Shown here piece after piece: positions 22,697 through 24,493 of a stretch of 24,493 bases of DNA (position 1 is the stretch's first letter; every line of letters begins with the position of its first letter). The notes below the pieces were generated by a model. It saw nothing but the letters and a program-made list of their open reading frames with translations. It searched no databases and was not told the origin of the DNA. The DNA lies in contig JAYEKG010000008.1 in NCBI GenBank assembly GCA_034660935.1, forward strand, positions 1 through 24,493, read 5' to 3'. Position numbers and translations under genes: made by a program. This stretch comes from Patescibacteria group bacterium. Its GTDB lineage: Bacteria > Patescibacteriota > Minisyncoccia > Portnoybacterales > UBA2143.

Positions 22697-23125
22697 ATGT
22701 TAAGAAAAAATAAGGACAACCAATTAATAACTAAAAAGGTTTTAGAAAAAACCTTAGAAAAAACGCTAATAAACCAAAGCAAGGTTATTTTAGAGGCAGT
22801 TGATTATAAGTTTAATAAAATTGACAAGAAATTTGATAATGTGGATAAGAAATTTGATAACATTGACAATAAATTTGATAATGTGGACAAGAAATTTGAT
22901 AATATTGACAATAAATTTAATAACGCGGACAAGAAATTTGATAATATTAAACAAGAAATCGGAAATAAGTTTGATAAAATTTTAGGGGGCCAAGATAAAA
23001 TTTTTAAAAAGTTAGAGAAATTAGAACAAGAAAACACGGTCTCAACCGAACTTTACAAAAAACATGATAAAAAAATAGAAGAACACAGCGAAAGAATACT
23101 TGCGCTGGAAATTAAATCGCAATAG
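22697..23125 (+). CDS. Small coiled-coil protein with heptad tandem repeats (FDNxDxK)
   Basis: 142 aa, SD-led, seven heptads, no TM; function unknown. Confidence 0.8.
   Translation: MLRKNKDNQLITKKVLEKTLEKTLINQSKVILEAVDYKFNKIDKKFDNVDKKFDNIDNKFDNVDKKFDNIDNKFNNADKKFDNIKQEIGNKFDKILGGQDKIFKKLEKLEQENTVSTELYKKHDKKIEEHSERILALEIKSQ
22811..22957 (+). repeat. Coding tandem repeat, 7 x 21 nt with alternating 42-nt super-period
   Basis: Units such as TTTGATAATGTGGA(T/C)AAGAAA alternate with TTTGATAA(C/T)ATTGACAATAAA. Confidence 0.92.
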
Positions 23126-23140
23126 TACAACGAGACATAT

Positions 23141-23170
23141 AAACGACCCCATTGAGGGGTTGTTTTTTTT
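23141..23170 (+). terminator. Rho-independent terminator
   Basis: AAACGACCCC-ATTGA-GGGGTTGTTT followed by a T-run. Confidence 0.85.
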
Positions 23171-23171
23171 A

Positions 23172-23180
23172 TGGTAGAAT
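23172..23180 (+). promoter_or_regulatory. Extended -10 promoter for proS
   Basis: TGgTAGAAT; ATG follows after 9 nt with no SD. Confidence 0.55.
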
Positions 23181-23189
23181 TGGTTTAAT

Positions 23190-24458
23190 ATGAGACAATC
23201 AAAACTTTTTACTAAAACGGTTAAAGAGGTTCCAAAAGACGAAACCAGTTTTAACGCTAAAACTTTAATTAGGGCTGGTTTTATAGAAAAAACAAGCGCT
23301 GGTATTTATTCTTTCTTGCCTTTAGGATTAAGGGTCCATAATAAAATTTGTAATATCGTTCGGGAAGAAATGGACGCGATTGGCGGACAGGAAATTTTAA
23401 TGCCCGCCTTAACGCCTAAAAGAGTTTGGGAAAAGACGGGTCGTTGGGATAATTTTGATGTTTTGTTTAAATTAACGGGCGCTGATAAAAAAGAATACGC
23501 TTTAGGCGCTACCCACGAGGAAATTGTTGTTCCTTTGATGAAAAAGTATATTTCTTCGTATAAAGAACTGCCTGTTTATGTCTATCAAATCCAGACGAAA
23601 TTCAGAAACGAATTACGCGCCAAAGCAGGTCTGATTAGAGGGCGTGAATTTTCCATGAAAGACCTGTATTCTTTTCACGCGGATGAAAAAGATTTAGACA
23701 GATTTTATGAACTGGCAAAGAAAGCATATTTTAAGATTTTCAAAAGATGCGGACTGGGGGCTTTGACTTATTTAACCTTTGCTTCGGGAGGAGGTTTTTC
23801 AAAATATTCCCATGAATTTCAGACATTAACGAAAGCAGGCGAGGATACAATCTATATCTGCGATAAATGCAAGATAGCGGTTAATCAGGAAATTATTGAA
23901 GAACAAAAAACTTGTCCGTCTTGCCATAGTGGTGATTTGCGCGAAGCAAAAGCAATTGAAGTCGGCAATATTTTTAAATTAGGAACTCGTTTTTCTAAGC
24001 CATTTAATCTTGCGTATGCCGATACCGATGGCAAGGAACATCTTGTTGAAATGGGATGTTACGGTTTTGGCCCAAGCCGGACAATAGGAGCCATTGTGGA
24101 GGCTTTCCATGACGACAAGGGAATTATTTGGCCTGAAGAAGTGGCCCCTTACAGAATTCATTTATTATCTTTGGGCGAAGGAAAGGAAGTGAAAGATTTT
24201 GCGGAAGGCGTTTATAATAAACTGTTGGAAAATAAAATTGAAGTTCTCTATGACGACAGGAGAGATATTTCCGCGGGCGCGAAGTTTGCCGATGCTGATT
24301 TAATTGGTTGTCCGTATCGGCTGGTGATTAGCAAGAAGACAATTGAACAAAACGCGATTGAGGTTAAAAAAAGAGATGGCGAGGAAATTGAAATGGTTGG
24401 GATAAAAAATATAATTTCTGTTATTGCGAAAAGTTCGCCGCGGCGAACAGCGCGGTAA
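23190..24458 (+). CDS. proS: Proline--tRNA ligase, short bacterial form without the INS editing domain
   Basis: AGIYSFLPLG, GATHEE, QIQTKFRNELR...GLIRGREFSMKDLYSF, SHEF, IEVGNIFKLG, MGCYGFG.SR, and anticodon domain DDR...G.KFADADLIG.P; 422 aa. Confidence 0.97.
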   Translation: MRQSKLFTKTVKEVPKDETSFNAKTLIRAGFIEKTSAGIYSFLPLGLRVHNKICNIVREEMDAIGGQEILMPALTPKRVWEKTGRWDNFDVLFKLTGADKKEYALGATHEEIVVPLMKKYISSYKELPVYVYQIQTKFRNELRAKAGLIRGREFSMKDLYSFHADEKDLDRFYELAKKAYFKIFKRCGLGALTYLTFASGGGFSKYSHEFQTLTKAGEDTIYICDKCKIAVNQEIIEEQKTCPSCHSGDLREAKAIEVGNIFKLGTRFSKPFNLAYADTDGKEHLVEMGCYGFGPSRTIGAIVEAFHDDKGIIWPEEVAPYRIHLLSLGEGKEVKDFAEGVYNKLLENKIEVLYDDRRDISAGAKFADADLIGCPYRLVISKKTIEQNAIEVKKRDGEEIEMVGIKNIISVIAKSSPRRTAR

Positions 24459-24493
24459 TCTTGCAGAGTAGCAACGAGATTGCTTCGCTTTGC
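24420..24493. repeat. GTCATTGCGAG-family element overlapping the proS 3' end (truncated by window edge)
   Basis: GTTATTGCGAA start, internal perfect palindrome GTTCGCCGCGGCGAAC (24433-24448), GCGGTAATC...GAGATTGCTTCGC. Confidence 0.8.

Noticed and set aside
22811-22957. CRISPR array
   Set aside because: The 21-nt units are contiguous, in-frame coding repeats with no unique spacers and no cas genes.
593-24161. Numerous 60-165 aa antisense or alternative-frame ORFs in the track (e.g. 5641-6138, 10897-11316, 18372-18815, 22804-23037)
   Set aside because: All overlap well-supported genes and show no motifs; they are shadow ORFs.
1-24493. Alternative genetic code (TGA=Gly, as in Gracilibacteria/Absconditabacteria)
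   Set aside because: Conserved genes are full length under code 11, and TGA ends GT2, HEPN and rpoA at the expected places.

Overview
Code-11 bacterial chromosome segment that looks like Patescibacteria/CPR (Parcubacteria-like). This is inferred from gene content: the Cys-rich CPR-type hypothetical protein, Lys-rich ribosomal protein extensions, frr next to rseP without uppS/cdsA/dxr, and near absence of Shine-Dalgarno sites. TGA is used as a stop (18748-18750), which argues against code-25 lineages. Gene order: truncated AAA/DUF4143 ATPase; 580-aa Cys-rich protein; HTH-nucleotidyltransferase + HEPN toxin-antitoxin-like pair; 65-aa in-frame 'ends-only' mini-copy of the Cys-rich gene; VirD4/TraG-like ATPase; FtsA-like ATPase; membrane-anchored baseplate-J-like protein; infA-rpmJ-rpsM-rpsK-rpsD-rpoA-rplQ-rplM-rpsI; PEGA protein (minus strand); murA, mreB, two GT4 glycosyltransferases, holB, an Asp-box propeller, frr, rseP, a heptad-repeat protein and proS. 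Three things stand out. (1) A TA module bracketed by near-identical 5' and 3' ends of the Cys-rich gene, a possible integrase-free cassette or pop-out structure. (2) Several unrelated families of small palindromic elements, some translated in frame inside proteins: both glycosyltransferase interdomain linkers, both Cys-gene N-termini, and the C-termini of GT1 and ProS. (3) An orphan FtsA paralogue paired with a bitopic baseplate-J-like protein. No CRISPR array, rRNA, tRNA, integrase or transposase was seen. All family calls come from motif recognition by eye, not database searches.
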